NCBI GenBank assembly: GCA_964402565.1
Contig: CAYOCJ010000001.1
Location: forward strand, 32,079-96,078
Source of the DNA: an uncultured Gammaproteobacteria bacterium
GTDB taxonomy: Bacteria > Patescibacteriota > Patescibacteriia > UBA1558 > 2-01-FULL-52-15
Length of the DNA stretch: 64,000 bases
Direction of reading: 5' to 3'
Shown here: positions 44,858 through 54,681 of the stretch, in pieces
How positions within the stretch are numbered: the first letter of the stretch is position 1
Layout of the letters: every line of letters starts with the position of its first letter
Notes under the pieces: generated by a model
Told to the model about the DNA's origin: nothing
Databases searched by the model: none
The model's input: the letters and a program-made list of their open reading frames with translations, nothing else
Program-made: the position numbers and the translations under genes

Positions 44858-45499
44858 ATGCCACTTGCCGCTACTCATATTCGTTTCGCCGTTGATGTGA
44901 TGGATGCTGTTCCGGTTACTGATCTAGATGCATATGTTTCAGGAACGATCTATCCGGATAGCCGATACATAACCGGATTACAGCGTTCACTGACCCATTC
45001 TGCAGAGTTGATACCTGGTTTTTTGAGAGGGGCCGATGACTTTAAAAAAGGCTGGGCCGTACATTTGGTGTGCGACCGGGAAATGAAACGGCTCGCTTAC
45101 GAAAACTTTCCAGAGTTCTTTGCGCATGAAGATGTACAGGGAACAAATGATGCCTGGGTTTCTATAACAGCGGTCAAAGTGCTTCAGGACGTAGAGGTAT
45201 TGAAGGACTTCAGCATTATTCCGTATCTTTCCGGTTTAGATCATGTAGAAAATCCGAATTACGAAGATCTGACGGCAATGACGAGGTATAACAACATTTT
45301 TAAAAAAGCGTACTCGACTGCGAGTGCCAATACACCTGAAATGCGTTATGACGTTTGGACTCTGCTCGGCCTTGACGCAGCAATAAAAGAAAAAATACAG
45401 CATCGTGTGGAGGTGTTTCGATCTGATACATCGATCATGGAACGCATCAGCGGCCTCTATGTGAAGATGCTTTCTGCAGCCGAATCATCATTGCAATAG
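44858..45499 (+). CDS. hypothetical protein (213 aa)
   Basis: No confident family. N-terminal AATHIRFA...D...H pattern faintly reminiscent of zinc phospholipase C / S1-P1 nuclease N-termini. Confidence 0.35.
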   Translation: MPLAATHIRFAVDVMDAVPVTDLDAYVSGTIYPDSRYITGLQRSLTHSAELIPGFLRGADDFKKGWAVHLVCDREMKRLAYENFPEFFAHEDVQGTNDAWVSITAVKVLQDVEVLKDFSIIPYLSGLDHVENPNYEDLTAMTRYNNIFKKAYSTASANTPEMRYDVWTLLGLDAAIKEKIQHRVEVFRSDTSIMERISGLYVKMLSAAESSLQ

Positions 45500-45503
45500 C
45501 AAT

Positions 45504-46001
45504 ATGCAAACCCCTAAACGAAAGCAAGGAAAATATTCTCATCTGAAAGCTGACCCGAATCTCACACAGGCGAAGTATCAAGCGCTGAAGAAATTGCTGC
45601 TCAAGCTGAGGTCAGATCAAAAAAAAGCTTCGAAAGAAGTGGCGCGGCTTGCTGAGTTTGGTGATTTTTCAGAAAACCATGCATATCAAATGGAGAAAGG
45701 GAGATTGCGCGGCATTAATCAGCGCATCATCGAAACAGAGGATCTAGTAGGCAGAGCAACTATCATTAAGCCGGATAAAAAAAGGAACGTTGTTCAACTG
45801 GGCAGCGTAGTAACTGTCGTAGTTGACGGAGGTGCACATAGGTATCATATTTTAGGTTCATCTGAGACCAGTCCGGAGAAGGGTGTGATCTCACATCATT
45901 CGCCCCTGGGCTCCGCATTGCTCGGACATGTTGTCGGGGATATACTATCGGTTGAATCTATAGATTCTGTGAAAACCTATACCATCCTTAAGATATCTTA
46001 A
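45504..46001 (+). CDS. greA: transcription elongation factor GreA
   Basis: Coiled-coil N-terminus with acidic tip (FGDFSENHAYQ), C-terminal FKBP-like domain (VQLGSVVTVV...GVISHHSPLGSALLGHVVGD). Confidence 0.75.
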   Translation: MQTPKRKQGKYSHLKADPNLTQAKYQALKKLLLKLRSDQKKASKEVARLAEFGDFSENHAYQMEKGRLRGINQRIIETEDLVGRATIIKPDKKRNVVQLGSVVTVVVDGGAHRYHILGSSETSPEKGVISHHSPLGSALLGHVVGDILSVESIDSVKTYTILKIS

Positions 46002-46022
46002 ACAAATACGTCATCCTATACT

Positions 46023-46811
46023 ATGAAAATGCCCAAATCATTTCCTCCGGTGATCATCATCCTTCTCGTCGCCTGCGCCATTGGCGTCGCGACTTTTATT
46101 GTTGGACAGCCGCCATTATCAAATACCAATCCAACACCATGTGCTCAGGAAGCAAAAGTGTGTCCTGACGGAAGCACGGTCGGGCGCACGGGGCCGCATT
46201 GCACGTTCGCTGATTGTCCTGAGCCTCAACGTTTGAACCTCTACGAGAATGAATATTTCCAGGTGCAGATGCCTGACGGATGGAACGCAAGCGAAGCGAC
46301 CCAAACGGTTTATGATGGCAATGTAGAAACGCATCCGTTGAATCCTGCAGCCGTGAACATCAGAAAAGGAAAATATATTTTATACATCAACGCACATATG
46401 CAGCAGGCGAGCGGGGTTGAAGGCGGCAGATACGCAGAAATCGCCATGGGGGCTCCGAGCGCAGATGCAGTCGTGATCTACCAGCCAAGCGAGCCATGCG
46501 GAACCAGCGAGAAATCACCGGTACTCATGGACCATCAGCGCGTTGACTGGTTTGTCAGTAAGCGTGATGCAAAAGAGTGGTGCGCGACGCCAAAGGATGA
46601 TTCGACCCGCTGGTACTTTTCATATGTAACGCATACCGGAGGGTATATCAACTATTATACGCCGGACACGCCGCCGGGGTATGTGATCACTATGGCATAT
46701 GATTCGAAAGATATAGCTGCACTGCCGAAAAAGGAGAGCGTCGAGCTTCAGCAGGCGCTGTCTGACATGTCTCGCATCGTCAATACCTTGGTGTTAAAGA
46801 AAAAGAGTTAA
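46023..46811 (+). CDS. hypothetical membrane-anchored/secreted Cys-rich protein
   Basis: N-terminal TM. CAQEAKVCPDGSTVGRTGPHCTFADCPEP. Confidence 0.4.
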   Translation: MKMPKSFPPVIIILLVACAIGVATFIVGQPPLSNTNPTPCAQEAKVCPDGSTVGRTGPHCTFADCPEPQRLNLYENEYFQVQMPDGWNASEATQTVYDGNVETHPLNPAAVNIRKGKYILYINAHMQQASGVEGGRYAEIAMGAPSADAVVIYQPSEPCGTSEKSPVLMDHQRVDWFVSKRDAKEWCATPKDDSTRWYFSYVTHTGGYINYYTPDTPPGYVITMAYDSKDIAALPKKESVELQQALSDMSRIVNTLVLKKKS

Positions 46812-46919
46812 TGCCGCTACATCTCTGACAGAGGCGCATTTCCGGTAGTTGACATTTTTTGAAAATAAGTTAAGATACTTACATAGTAAGTTTCTAATCT
46901 ATTTAACGTCTGCTACTGT

Positions 46920-47354
46920 ATGACACCGAGGAAGCAACTCATAGACGAGATAATGGCAAATTTTCAGGCCATGAAGAATAAAATGCACGCACAAGTAGGC
47001 GCGCATAGTTCAAAGCTGGGAATCACGCATTCGCAGCTCTTTGTGCTGGCTATTATAGAAAAGAATCAAAATATCGGCATCAAGGAAATTTCCCGCAAAC
47101 TGAACATTACCTCGAGCGCTTCGACGCAGCTCGTCGACGGCTTGGTTGCGAAAGGCTATGTTATTAGAAAATCCAGTTCGAAAGACCGCCGGGCTCTCCA
47201 CCTTTCATTGTCGCCGCAAGGACGCTCGCATATCGCTGACATGAAAAAAAAGCGCATGAAGATGATGATGAAGTTCTTCGATCCGCTGAACGATGAAGAG
47301 TTGGCAACCTACTTAGCTTTGTATAAAAAAATAGTAACGAGCATTAAAAAATAA
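46920..47354 (+). CDS. MarR-family transcriptional regulator
   Basis: LGITHSQLFVLAIIEKNQNIGIKEISRKLNITSSASTQLVDGLVAKGYVIRKSSSKDRRA is a winged-HTH MarR signature. Confidence 0.7.
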   Translation: MTPRKQLIDEIMANFQAMKNKMHAQVGAHSSKLGITHSQLFVLAIIEKNQNIGIKEISRKLNITSSASTQLVDGLVAKGYVIRKSSSKDRRALHLSLSPQGRSHIADMKKKRMKMMMKFFDPLNDEELATYLALYKKIVTSIKK

Positions 47355-47355
47355 T

Positions 47356-48144
47356 ATGATCGAAGTAAAGAATCTGACAAAAAAATTCGGCGATTTCGTC
47401 GCCGTGGACGATGTTTCTTTCTCAGTGAAGGAAGGGGAGACATTCGCCTTTCTCGGGCCGAACGGCGCCGGCAAATCAACCACTATCAAGATGCTGACGA
47501 CCCTTCTGCGTCCTTCATCGGGAACAATGACGCTGAATGGGCATGATCCCGTACAGCATCCTGAGCTCGCGCGAAGGACATTCGGCATCGTGTTCCAGGA
47601 CCCGAGCCTTGACGATGAGCTTACCGCGGCCGAGAATATGGCATTTCACGGCATACTCTATGACGTGCCTGACAAGCTGCGGAAAGAACGGACCGAGCAG
47701 CTTTTGAAATTTGTCGAGCTTTTCGACCGCAAAGATTCTCTGGTGAAAGAGTATTCAGGCGGCATGAAGCGCAGACTCGAAATTGCCCGCGGTTTGCTGC
47801 ACCATCCGAAGATTATGTTCCTCGATGAGCCGACCCTGGGACTTGATCCGCAGACTCGGAACGGCATGTGGCAGTATTTGAAAGATCTGAACAAGAACGA
47901 AAAGACCACTGTCTTCTTCACGACACATTATATGGAAGAAGCGGCAAAGGTTGCTGACCGGATCGCTATCATTGACCATGGCAAGATCATTGCATTGGGC
48001 ACCGTAGAGGAGCTGCTGAAGCAGACATCCACGAATTCCCTTGAAGAAGCTTTTTTGTCGCTGACTGGTTCGTCTATTCGTGAGGAATCAGCAAGCTCTG
48101 CTGATCAATTCAGGAATGTCGCTAAAATGTGGGGTCGCAGATAA
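47356..48144 (+). CDS. ABC transporter ATP-binding protein (ABC-2/DrrA-like exporter)
   Basis: Walker A GPNGAGKST, signature YSGGMKRRL, Walker B MFLDEPTLGLD. Confidence 0.8.
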   Translation: MIEVKNLTKKFGDFVAVDDVSFSVKEGETFAFLGPNGAGKSTTIKMLTTLLRPSSGTMTLNGHDPVQHPELARRTFGIVFQDPSLDDELTAAENMAFHGILYDVPDKLRKERTEQLLKFVELFDRKDSLVKEYSGGMKRRLEIARGLLHHPKIMFLDEPTLGLDPQTRNGMWQYLKDLNKNEKTTVFFTTHYMEEAAKVADRIAIIDHGKIIALGTVEELLKQTSTNSLEEAFLSLTGSSIREESASSADQFRNVAKMWGRR

Positions 48145-48902
48145 TACTAACACCTATGAAAAAAATATATATTCTTTGGCTCCGTCAACTGAAGCGCTAT
48201 ATCCGTTCGAAATCGCGCATTATCGGATCGTTGGCGCAACCGCTGCTATTCTTGCTTGCGCTCGGCTATGGATTCGGCTCAGTGTTCCAGAAAGCAGGGC
48301 AGGGAAATTACGTTAATTTTCTTGCGCCAGGTATCATCGGAATGAGCATTTTGTTTACGTCGATTTTTACCGGTATTGAGATTATTTGGGACAGGCAATT
48401 CGGCTTCCTGAAAGAAATGATGGTAGCGCCGATGTCGCGTCTGAATATCATGATCGGCAGAACCTTGGGAGGAGCTACCGTTGCGACCATACAAGGTTTG
48501 CTTGTTCTTATTATCTCGATCCTATTCGGTTTCCGTCCGGACAATTGGGGAGGGATTGCGCCGCTGATACTCGTCATGTTCCTGGTTGCTTTGCTCTTCA
48601 CCGCATTAGGCACCATGATAGCATCGCTGTTGAATGATATGCAGGGTTTTCAGCTCATCATGAACTTCCTTGTCATGCCGATGTTCTTCCTCTCTGGCTC
48701 GCTATTTCCATTGACTAACCTGCCTACGGCTCTGGCGATCATTACTCGCATTGATCCGCTTTCATACGGCATCGATGCATTCCGTTATTTCCTGATCAAT
48801 TCGAGCCACTACGGCTTAGGAGTTGATATCACATTTCTCGCAGGCATAACTGCAGTATTCATGTGGCTTGGCAGCTACTTCTTCAAGAAGATTCAAATTT
48901 AA
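48129..48902 (+). CDS. ABC-2 family transporter permease
   Basis: 6 TM segments. Gene overlaps the ATPase gene. Confidence 0.65.
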   Translation: MGSQIILTPMKKIYILWLRQLKRYIRSKSRIIGSLAQPLLFLLALGYGFGSVFQKAGQGNYVNFLAPGIIGMSILFTSIFTGIEIIWDRQFGFLKEMMVAPMSRLNIMIGRTLGGATVATIQGLLVLIISILFGFRPDNWGGIAPLILVMFLVALLFTALGTMIASLLNDMQGFQLIMNFLVMPMFFLSGSLFPLTNLPTALAIITRIDPLSYGIDAFRYFLINSSHYGLGVDITFLAGITAVFMWLGSYFFKKIQI

Positions 48903-48905
48903 TGT

Positions 48906-49523
48906 ATGGATTACAAAACCTTAGCCAGCACAGGATCAATAGCCAAGACTATTGAGGCGCTCAAAGAACATGGTGTGGAGGCCGAAGTCGTTGATACCGG
49001 CGCAGAAGCGCTCGAGAAGATCAAACAGCTGATCCCGCAGGGTGCTTCAGTTATGAATGGTGCTTCAAAGACTTTGGAAGAGATAGGGTATATCGAGTAT
49101 TTGCAATCGGGCGAACACGGATGGAAAAATCTGAAAGCCGATATTCTCGCGGAAAAAGATATTGCGAAGCAGACAGCACTTCGCAAACAAGCAACGCTCT
49201 CAGAATATTATCTTGGCAGCGTGCATGCGCTGTCTGAGACAGGTGAATTCATCGTCGCCTCGAATACCGGAAGTCAATTGCCGCAGATCGTATTTAATTC
49301 GCCGAATCTTATCCTGGTTGTCGGCACGCAAAAGATCGTGCCGAGCCTCGATGCTGGTATGAAGCGCCTGGAGGAATACGTAGTACCGCTCGAAGATGCG
49401 AATATATTTCAAAAATTTGGCACGCATACCATGCTTTCGAAAGTCCTGATATTTAAACGCGAGAATACGCGGCTTGGCAGGAAGGTGCACATGATACTGG
49501 TGCATGAGACATTAGGTTTTTAA
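48906..49523 (+). CDS. LUD-domain (LutC/YkgG-like) protein
   Basis: Length about 205 aa, with GSVHALSETGEFIVASNTGSQ...LILVVGTQKIVPSLD consistent with the LUD domain. Confidence 0.35.
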   Translation: MDYKTLASTGSIAKTIEALKEHGVEAEVVDTGAEALEKIKQLIPQGASVMNGASKTLEEIGYIEYLQSGEHGWKNLKADILAEKDIAKQTALRKQATLSEYYLGSVHALSETGEFIVASNTGSQLPQIVFNSPNLILVVGTQKIVPSLDAGMKRLEEYVVPLEDANIFQKFGTHTMLSKVLIFKRENTRLGRKVHMILVHETLGF

Positions 49524-49684
49524 GCATACCTTTTGAAGAGCGGCCGCCGGAGGAGGCCGCTCTTTTTATACAGAAGCATGCTGTCTTGCTAAGTTTTTTG
49601 ATGCAGGGTAGGGTGTTCTGACGGCATGCTGTTCTCCTTGCTTGCCTTCACATAACGTACTTTTTCAATTCCAAGGAGGAATTC

Positions 49685-50341
49685 ATGAGGGCCCGGTCGG
49701 TCATGCTCATCGCGATCGCGTTGGTGACGCTGGGTTTCTCACAGCGTGCTGAAGCAGCACAATGCTACGGAGGATTTACCATCGGCATGGCAACTGCCGG
49801 ACATGTGCCGACCAAGCAACAGCGCGAGTTCTTGGCACACGATCATGTCGAAGGAACGTTCGATGTGGAACGCGATAGCAAACCATACGGTTTCTTCGTT
49901 GGTTGTGAGCTTCCGCATGGCTTTGCTATCGAAGGCACGCACCAGCGCGAAATTCACGCGCAAATCGACACGCACGCAGCGTTAGTATTCCGTTCGCTTT
50001 TTGACGGTAACCTCTGGGTGCTTGCTGTTCCATTCACGATCACCGAACGGGTGAATGTGGAGACCTACAGCGCTTCGATGCTCTGGCATTTCCCCCCGCA
50101 GAATCAGACTCGCGGCTTTGTCCGCGCCGGCATCGGGTACGCCTTCGGTGAATTGAACGCTGCGCTCATCGTCGACGGGACTGATCTGGTGGATTATCAC
50201 CGGGAGCGAAGCAAGCCATATCCGTATCTGGGACTCGGATTCGAGATGCGGAGCCAAGGCGGGTGGCTGATGCGCACTGAATTTCAGGAATACCCCTGTC
50301 AGGTGCACATGCTGCAGTTTTCGATCGGACACCGTTTCTAA
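49685..50341 (+). CDS. outer-membrane beta-barrel protein (OmpA/OmpW-like small barrel), GC-rich gene
   Basis: Signal peptide (AEA-AQ), alternating hydrophobic beta-strand patterns (GIGYAFG, GLGFEMR), C-terminal aromatic residue (F). Confidence 0.45.
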   Translation: MRARSVMLIAIALVTLGFSQRAEAAQCYGGFTIGMATAGHVPTKQQREFLAHDHVEGTFDVERDSKPYGFFVGCELPHGFAIEGTHQREIHAQIDTHAALVFRSLFDGNLWVLAVPFTITERVNVETYSASMLWHFPPQNQTRGFVRAGIGYAFGELNAALIVDGTDLVDYHRERSKPYPYLGLGFEMRSQGGWLMRTEFQEYPCQVHMLQFSIGHRF

Positions 50342-50357
50342 TCAGGAGGAAATTTAC

Positions 50358-50390
50358 GCCGCGCTGGCTTTCAGCGCGGCGTTTCCTTTT
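50358..50390 (+). terminator. intrinsic terminator (cgccgcgctg gctttc cagcgcggcg TTTCCTTTT)
   Basis: 10-bp GC stem plus T-run. Confidence 0.55.
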
Positions 50391-50425
50391 CTTGCAAAGT
50401 TCATTGCAGGGAGTATATTTGACTC

Positions 50426-50968
50426 ATGCACAGGATCGACATGCAACAAACTGAAAACCCTCAGCTCGCTAATGGAAAGGTTCGCAGACGCACCACGACA
50501 CGGCGGATCATTCGCAGTCTGAAGGCGCAGGCTGATTCAAAGCGGACTGTCTATGAGAAAATAAGCGATTGGATAAATCTTGCCTTTGGCAGCTTTACAT
50601 TTTTGATGGTCAATGCGATCTGGTTCTTGATTTGGATATTGTGGAATATCGGGGCAGTTCCGGGTGCGGTCGGGTTTGATCCATTTCCGTTCGGGCTTCT
50701 GACTATGATCGTCTCGCTCGAAGCCATCATTTTATCCATCTTTGTTTTGATTTCACAAAACCGCGCTTCCCGCGTGAATGATCTCCGTGAAGAGACGGAC
50801 CTGCAGATCGATGTCATTACTGAACAAGAATTAACCAAGCTCATGTCCATCGTCACTCTGCTTGCAGAGAAGCAGGGCATCGACTTGTCCGGCGACACGA
50901 CGCTGCAAGAAATGCTCAAGCCTCTGGATACGAAAAAGATCGAGAACGCTCTCGAAAGGCAAGTGTAA
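50426..50968 (+). CDS. DUF1003-family membrane protein
   Basis: Two TM helices with FDPFPFGLLTMIVSLEAIILSIFVLISQNR followed by a coiled region, which is the DUF1003/COG4420 pattern. Confidence 0.45.
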   Translation: MHRIDMQQTENPQLANGKVRRRTTTRRIIRSLKAQADSKRTVYEKISDWINLAFGSFTFLMVNAIWFLIWILWNIGAVPGAVGFDPFPFGLLTMIVSLEAIILSIFVLISQNRASRVNDLREETDLQIDVITEQELTKLMSIVTLLAEKQGIDLSGDTTLQEMLKPLDTKKIENALERQV

Positions 50969-50982
50969 AAAGGAATATTTTT

Positions 50983-51870
50983 TTGTGTTATACTAATGCT
51001 ATGAAAAAAATTTCATATATTATTCTTGGCATGGCTGTCATTATCTTGGCCGTTGTCATTACCATGGTTAATCAGACTGCGCAGGAGATCAAAAAAGCAA
51101 TTCCGACCGATGATAACGAACCCTCGCCATACAATGCTACGTATATTATCGATGATAGCCCGGTGGCCTTGGTCAGCGGGAAAGCTGAAGAAGCAATCAA
51201 CGACTCATCTTCGAAGAAGATCACCACGGTATTTGATGCTCAAAAGAAAGCCGATGTGAATGCAGATGGCAAAGACGATGTAGTGGTCATTCTAACGCAG
51301 ACGAATGGAGGCAGCGGGACTTTTTATTATGCCGCTGTCGCTCTGGGAACCGACGCCGGGTATGATGGCACAACAGCCGTATTGCTCGGTGATCGTATTG
51401 CTCCGCAAACGATAGATATCCACGACAGTATCATCGCAGTGAACTATGCTGATCATAAAGAAGGAGCCCCTATGACCGATCAGCCGACAGAGGATATTAC
51501 CAAGTATTTAAAAGTAAGCGGTAAGACCTTGGTGCCCTTCTTTTCGAGCAATCCGATGATCCACGTGGGAGTTCCGTCAGCATTCCAGACCATAGCATCT
51601 CCGCTCACGGTGAGCGGTGAAGCGAGGGGAAGCTGGTATTTCGAGGCTAGTTTCCCGGTGCAAGTGCTGGATATGAATGGAAATGTGCTAGCTTCAACAC
51701 CGGCTCAGGCACAAGGAGATTGGATGACTGATAATTTTGTGCCCTTTACTGCAACATTGTCATTCACCGGAGTCTCAGGTCAGAATGGAACAGTCGTATT
51801 TAAAAAAGACAACCCGTCAGGTCTGCCTCAGAACGAAGGATCGGTAAGTATTCCGATAAAATTTCAGTAA
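50983..51870 (+). CDS. hypothetical secreted/membrane-anchored protein
   Basis: N-terminal TM; beta-rich soluble part. Confidence 0.4.
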   Translation: MCYTNAMKKISYIILGMAVIILAVVITMVNQTAQEIKKAIPTDDNEPSPYNATYIIDDSPVALVSGKAEEAINDSSSKKITTVFDAQKKADVNADGKDDVVVILTQTNGGSGTFYYAAVALGTDAGYDGTTAVLLGDRIAPQTIDIHDSIIAVNYADHKEGAPMTDQPTEDITKYLKVSGKTLVPFFSSNPMIHVGVPSAFQTIASPLTVSGEARGSWYFEASFPVQVLDMNGNVLASTPAQAQGDWMTDNFVPFTATLSFTGVSGQNGTVVFKKDNPSGLPQNEGSVSIPIKFQ

Positions 51871-51934
51871 TTGATGCGGCCAGAGAGATAAAATGAAAAT
51901 TTTTTTGTCATCTCGACAAAAATAATGTATACTG

Positions 51935-53176
51935 GTGAAGATGCAAAAAAGCACACTCTTTTTTCTTTTTATTTTCGCTAATATTGCGCTTCTCGCTCCG
52001 GTACATGCGCAAGAATCAGCAACATCTACGCCAACTTCGACCGAACCGTTGACGTCTACTTCTACTGCACCCCTGATAACTCTTCCGATATCGACTCCGA
52101 CATCGACTGAGCCTTTGCTTATTCAAAAAATAGAGCAGGCAAAAGAATTATTGAAGGATGACAAGCTGGATTATACGGTGATTTCGAAGTATAAGATAAT
52201 AAAAAAGAAAAAAGTACTGGCAGGATTCACGACAGATCATGAAAGCATCATTGTGGCGGTATATGATCCGGCCACAGATACGATCAGTAAGGTAAAAGGC
52301 GAACAGCATATCACGAAATTCACCTTCAATGATCCTGCGGTCTCGATCCAGGCATTGCGTTTCAATGGAGTGAATACTCCTTTCAAGGTCTCGAAGCCGG
52401 CGGGGGGCATCGTGGTTGCTCTGAAATATCTCATCACGCCGAAACTAGCACCGTCGAAAAAATCTTTGCTTGGCGAGTTGCGCGAAGTCGTCTATACGCC
52501 TTTTTCAGAGTCGTTCAACACACAAGAGTTTTATGATTACGGAAATGATTATATCAATGGCGTGATCAAGCAATCGATAGACCAGCTGCATGATATGCGT
52601 TCACAGCGTTCTTCAGGCTTATCAGTTGCAGCTGCCGTGAATCCTGCGCTTATCAAGTCATTGATCTACTCTGAACATATGGATCAGGGAGAACTGGTGA
52701 AAAATCCTGACACGCAAGGTTTGATCAACCGCCTGAATGTATTGTTCGCTATTAATGACGGCGACACGTTCCGGTATAGCGCGAGCAATGCAAATGCAAA
52801 AGGCATAGCACAATTCATTCCTTCAACCTACAAGTCTTTGGTGAAGAAATATCCTGAGGCGCATCTGATTCCTGATTTTGATGCAGGCATGGAAGATCAC
52901 GTAAATTCTTTGACTGCGGCGTTCTTGCTATTCGACGACTACACGGCAGGCGTGAAACGGGGCTTAGGCGATGCATTCATTGATAGCGAGGCTCCGTATT
53001 ATGGAGCAGCGGCTTATAATGGCGGTATTACAAGAGTCGTTCGGGCAGTCAAACAATTCGGCGACAAGTGGAGCCAGGCCGGCAATAAGCCGAAAGCGAA
53101 GGCTTTGAAAGCAGAAACTATAGGCTATGTAGCCAAAATTCGGAAGCTGTTCTCGGTTTTCGATGCAGAGATGTAG
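51935..53176 (+). CDS. secreted protein with a lytic-transglycosylase-like (SLT) domain and a Thr/Pro-rich repeat linker
   Basis: Signal peptide, tandem TPTSTEPL repeats, and AKGIAQFIPSTY resembling the SLT G-[LIM]-[MA]-Q motif. Confidence 0.4.
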   Translation: MKMQKSTLFFLFIFANIALLAPVHAQESATSTPTSTEPLTSTSTAPLITLPISTPTSTEPLLIQKIEQAKELLKDDKLDYTVISKYKIIKKKKVLAGFTTDHESIIVAVYDPATDTISKVKGEQHITKFTFNDPAVSIQALRFNGVNTPFKVSKPAGGIVVALKYLITPKLAPSKKSLLGELREVVYTPFSESFNTQEFYDYGNDYINGVIKQSIDQLHDMRSQRSSGLSVAAAVNPALIKSLIYSEHMDQGELVKNPDTQGLINRLNVLFAINDGDTFRYSASNANAKGIAQFIPSTYKSLVKKYPEAHLIPDFDAGMEDHVNSLTAAFLLFDDYTAGVKRGLGDAFIDSEAPYYGAAAYNGGITRVVRAVKQFGDKWSQAGNKPKAKALKAETIGYVAKIRKLFSVFDAEM

Positions 53177-53245
53177 CATGTTGTTATAAATCATTCTTTC
53201 AAGTAGGATTACTGTAGTAATCAATTTTTAGCTGAACTCAAATCA

Positions 53246-54637
53246 ATGGCTAGTTTCTATACGTTAGGTATCGCACCGAAATTTTTGGATATTTTAAAGG
53301 ATCTTCAATTTATTACGCCGACTCCTATTCAGGAGCAGGCAATACCCATTGCCATAGAAGGCAATGACATCATAGGCATCGCGCAGACCGGTACCGGCAA
53401 GACGCTGGCATTTGGCATACCCATGATACAGCGCCTGGCGCGCGCAGGAGGCAAGGGTCTGGTTGTTTTGCCGACGCGGGAACTGGCTTTGCAGGTGGAT
53501 GAAGTATTTCGTACGCTCGGCAGTACGCTGGGTTTGCGGACATCTGTTCTGATCGGAGGCGCTCCGATGGGAAGACAATTGCAGGAACTGAAGAAAACCC
53601 CGCATGTGATCATTGCAACTCCGGGCCGCTTATTGGACCATGTAGAGCACAGATCAGTGGATCTGGGCGCCATGACCATCGTTGTGCTTGATGAAGCAGA
53701 CCGGATGCTGGATATGGGATTTGCTCCGCAGATCAAAAAAATATTAGCCGGCCTTCCTAAAGTGCGGCATATGATGCTTTTTTCGGCGACGATGCCGCAG
53801 GATATCGTGCAGATAGCGACTAAGCATATGAAACTTCCGTTACGGGTAGAGATCGCACCGGCAGGGACTACCGCTGAGCGCGTACAGCAAGAATTATTCA
53901 TGGTCGCTAAAGAAGATAAGATCCGTTTGCTTGATACATTATTGAACCACTATCGCGGCACGGTCCTTATCTTTTCCCGCACCAAGCATGGTGCGAAGAA
54001 AATTTGCAGAGCAGTGATTGCCATGGGGCATCCTGCAACCGAGCTGCATTCGAATCGGTCGCTTTCGCAACGCAAAGAAGCGCTCGGAGGATTTAAGTCA
54101 GGAAAATATCGCATCATGGTTGCAACTGACATCGCAGCACGAGGCATCGACGTCGAAGGCATCGAACTAGTCATTAATTTCGATATTCCGGATGATCCTG
54201 GGGATTATGTGCATCGCATCGGACGGACAGCGCGAGCCGGGCGCGAAGGCAAAGCTATAAGTTTTGTTACGCCTGATCAACGAGGCAAGCTTCGAGATAT
54301 CGAACGGCTGACCCGAATGACGCTGAAAATTTCTCAATCACCAGAGCTTGCTCCGCGCCGTGCGCCAACTGTTGCAGCCAGACCCCAGAGACAAGGGCGC
54401 GCTCATCGCCCGAATCAACATGGCCATCCTAAACCGACGTTCCGCAGCATGGAACCATCAAGGCAAGTCCGTTTCGGTGGCCGTGGCAATGAGCGCAGGC
54501 TTGACGAGGAGCGCATTGGCATATTGCAATCACCGCATGAAAGCGAAGATGATAAATTTTTCAGCAGACCCCGGCCTTCGAGGCCGTATCGCGACCCGAA
54601 ACGGGGGCATAGAGGAAGAGGCAGGTCTTCGCGATAA
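53246..54637 (+). CDS. DEAD-box ATP-dependent RNA helicase with a basic RG-rich C-terminal tail
   Basis: Q-motif, AQTGTGKT, PTRELA, DEAD (VLDEADRML), SAT, HRIGRTARAG. Confidence 0.85.
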   Translation: MASFYTLGIAPKFLDILKDLQFITPTPIQEQAIPIAIEGNDIIGIAQTGTGKTLAFGIPMIQRLARAGGKGLVVLPTRELALQVDEVFRTLGSTLGLRTSVLIGGAPMGRQLQELKKTPHVIIATPGRLLDHVEHRSVDLGAMTIVVLDEADRMLDMGFAPQIKKILAGLPKVRHMMLFSATMPQDIVQIATKHMKLPLRVEIAPAGTTAERVQQELFMVAKEDKIRLLDTLLNHYRGTVLIFSRTKHGAKKICRAVIAMGHPATELHSNRSLSQRKEALGGFKSGKYRIMVATDIAARGIDVEGIELVINFDIPDDPGDYVHRIGRTARAGREGKAISFVTPDQRGKLRDIERLTRMTLKISQSPELAPRRAPTVAARPQRQGRAHRPNQHGHPKPTFRSMEPSRQVRFGGRGNERRLDEERIGILQSPHESEDDKFFSRPRPSRPYRDPKRGHRGRGRSSR

Positions 54638-54681
54638 TGTACTCGTCTCATTGTTATTTTGCGCACGCCGTAGTATAGTAG

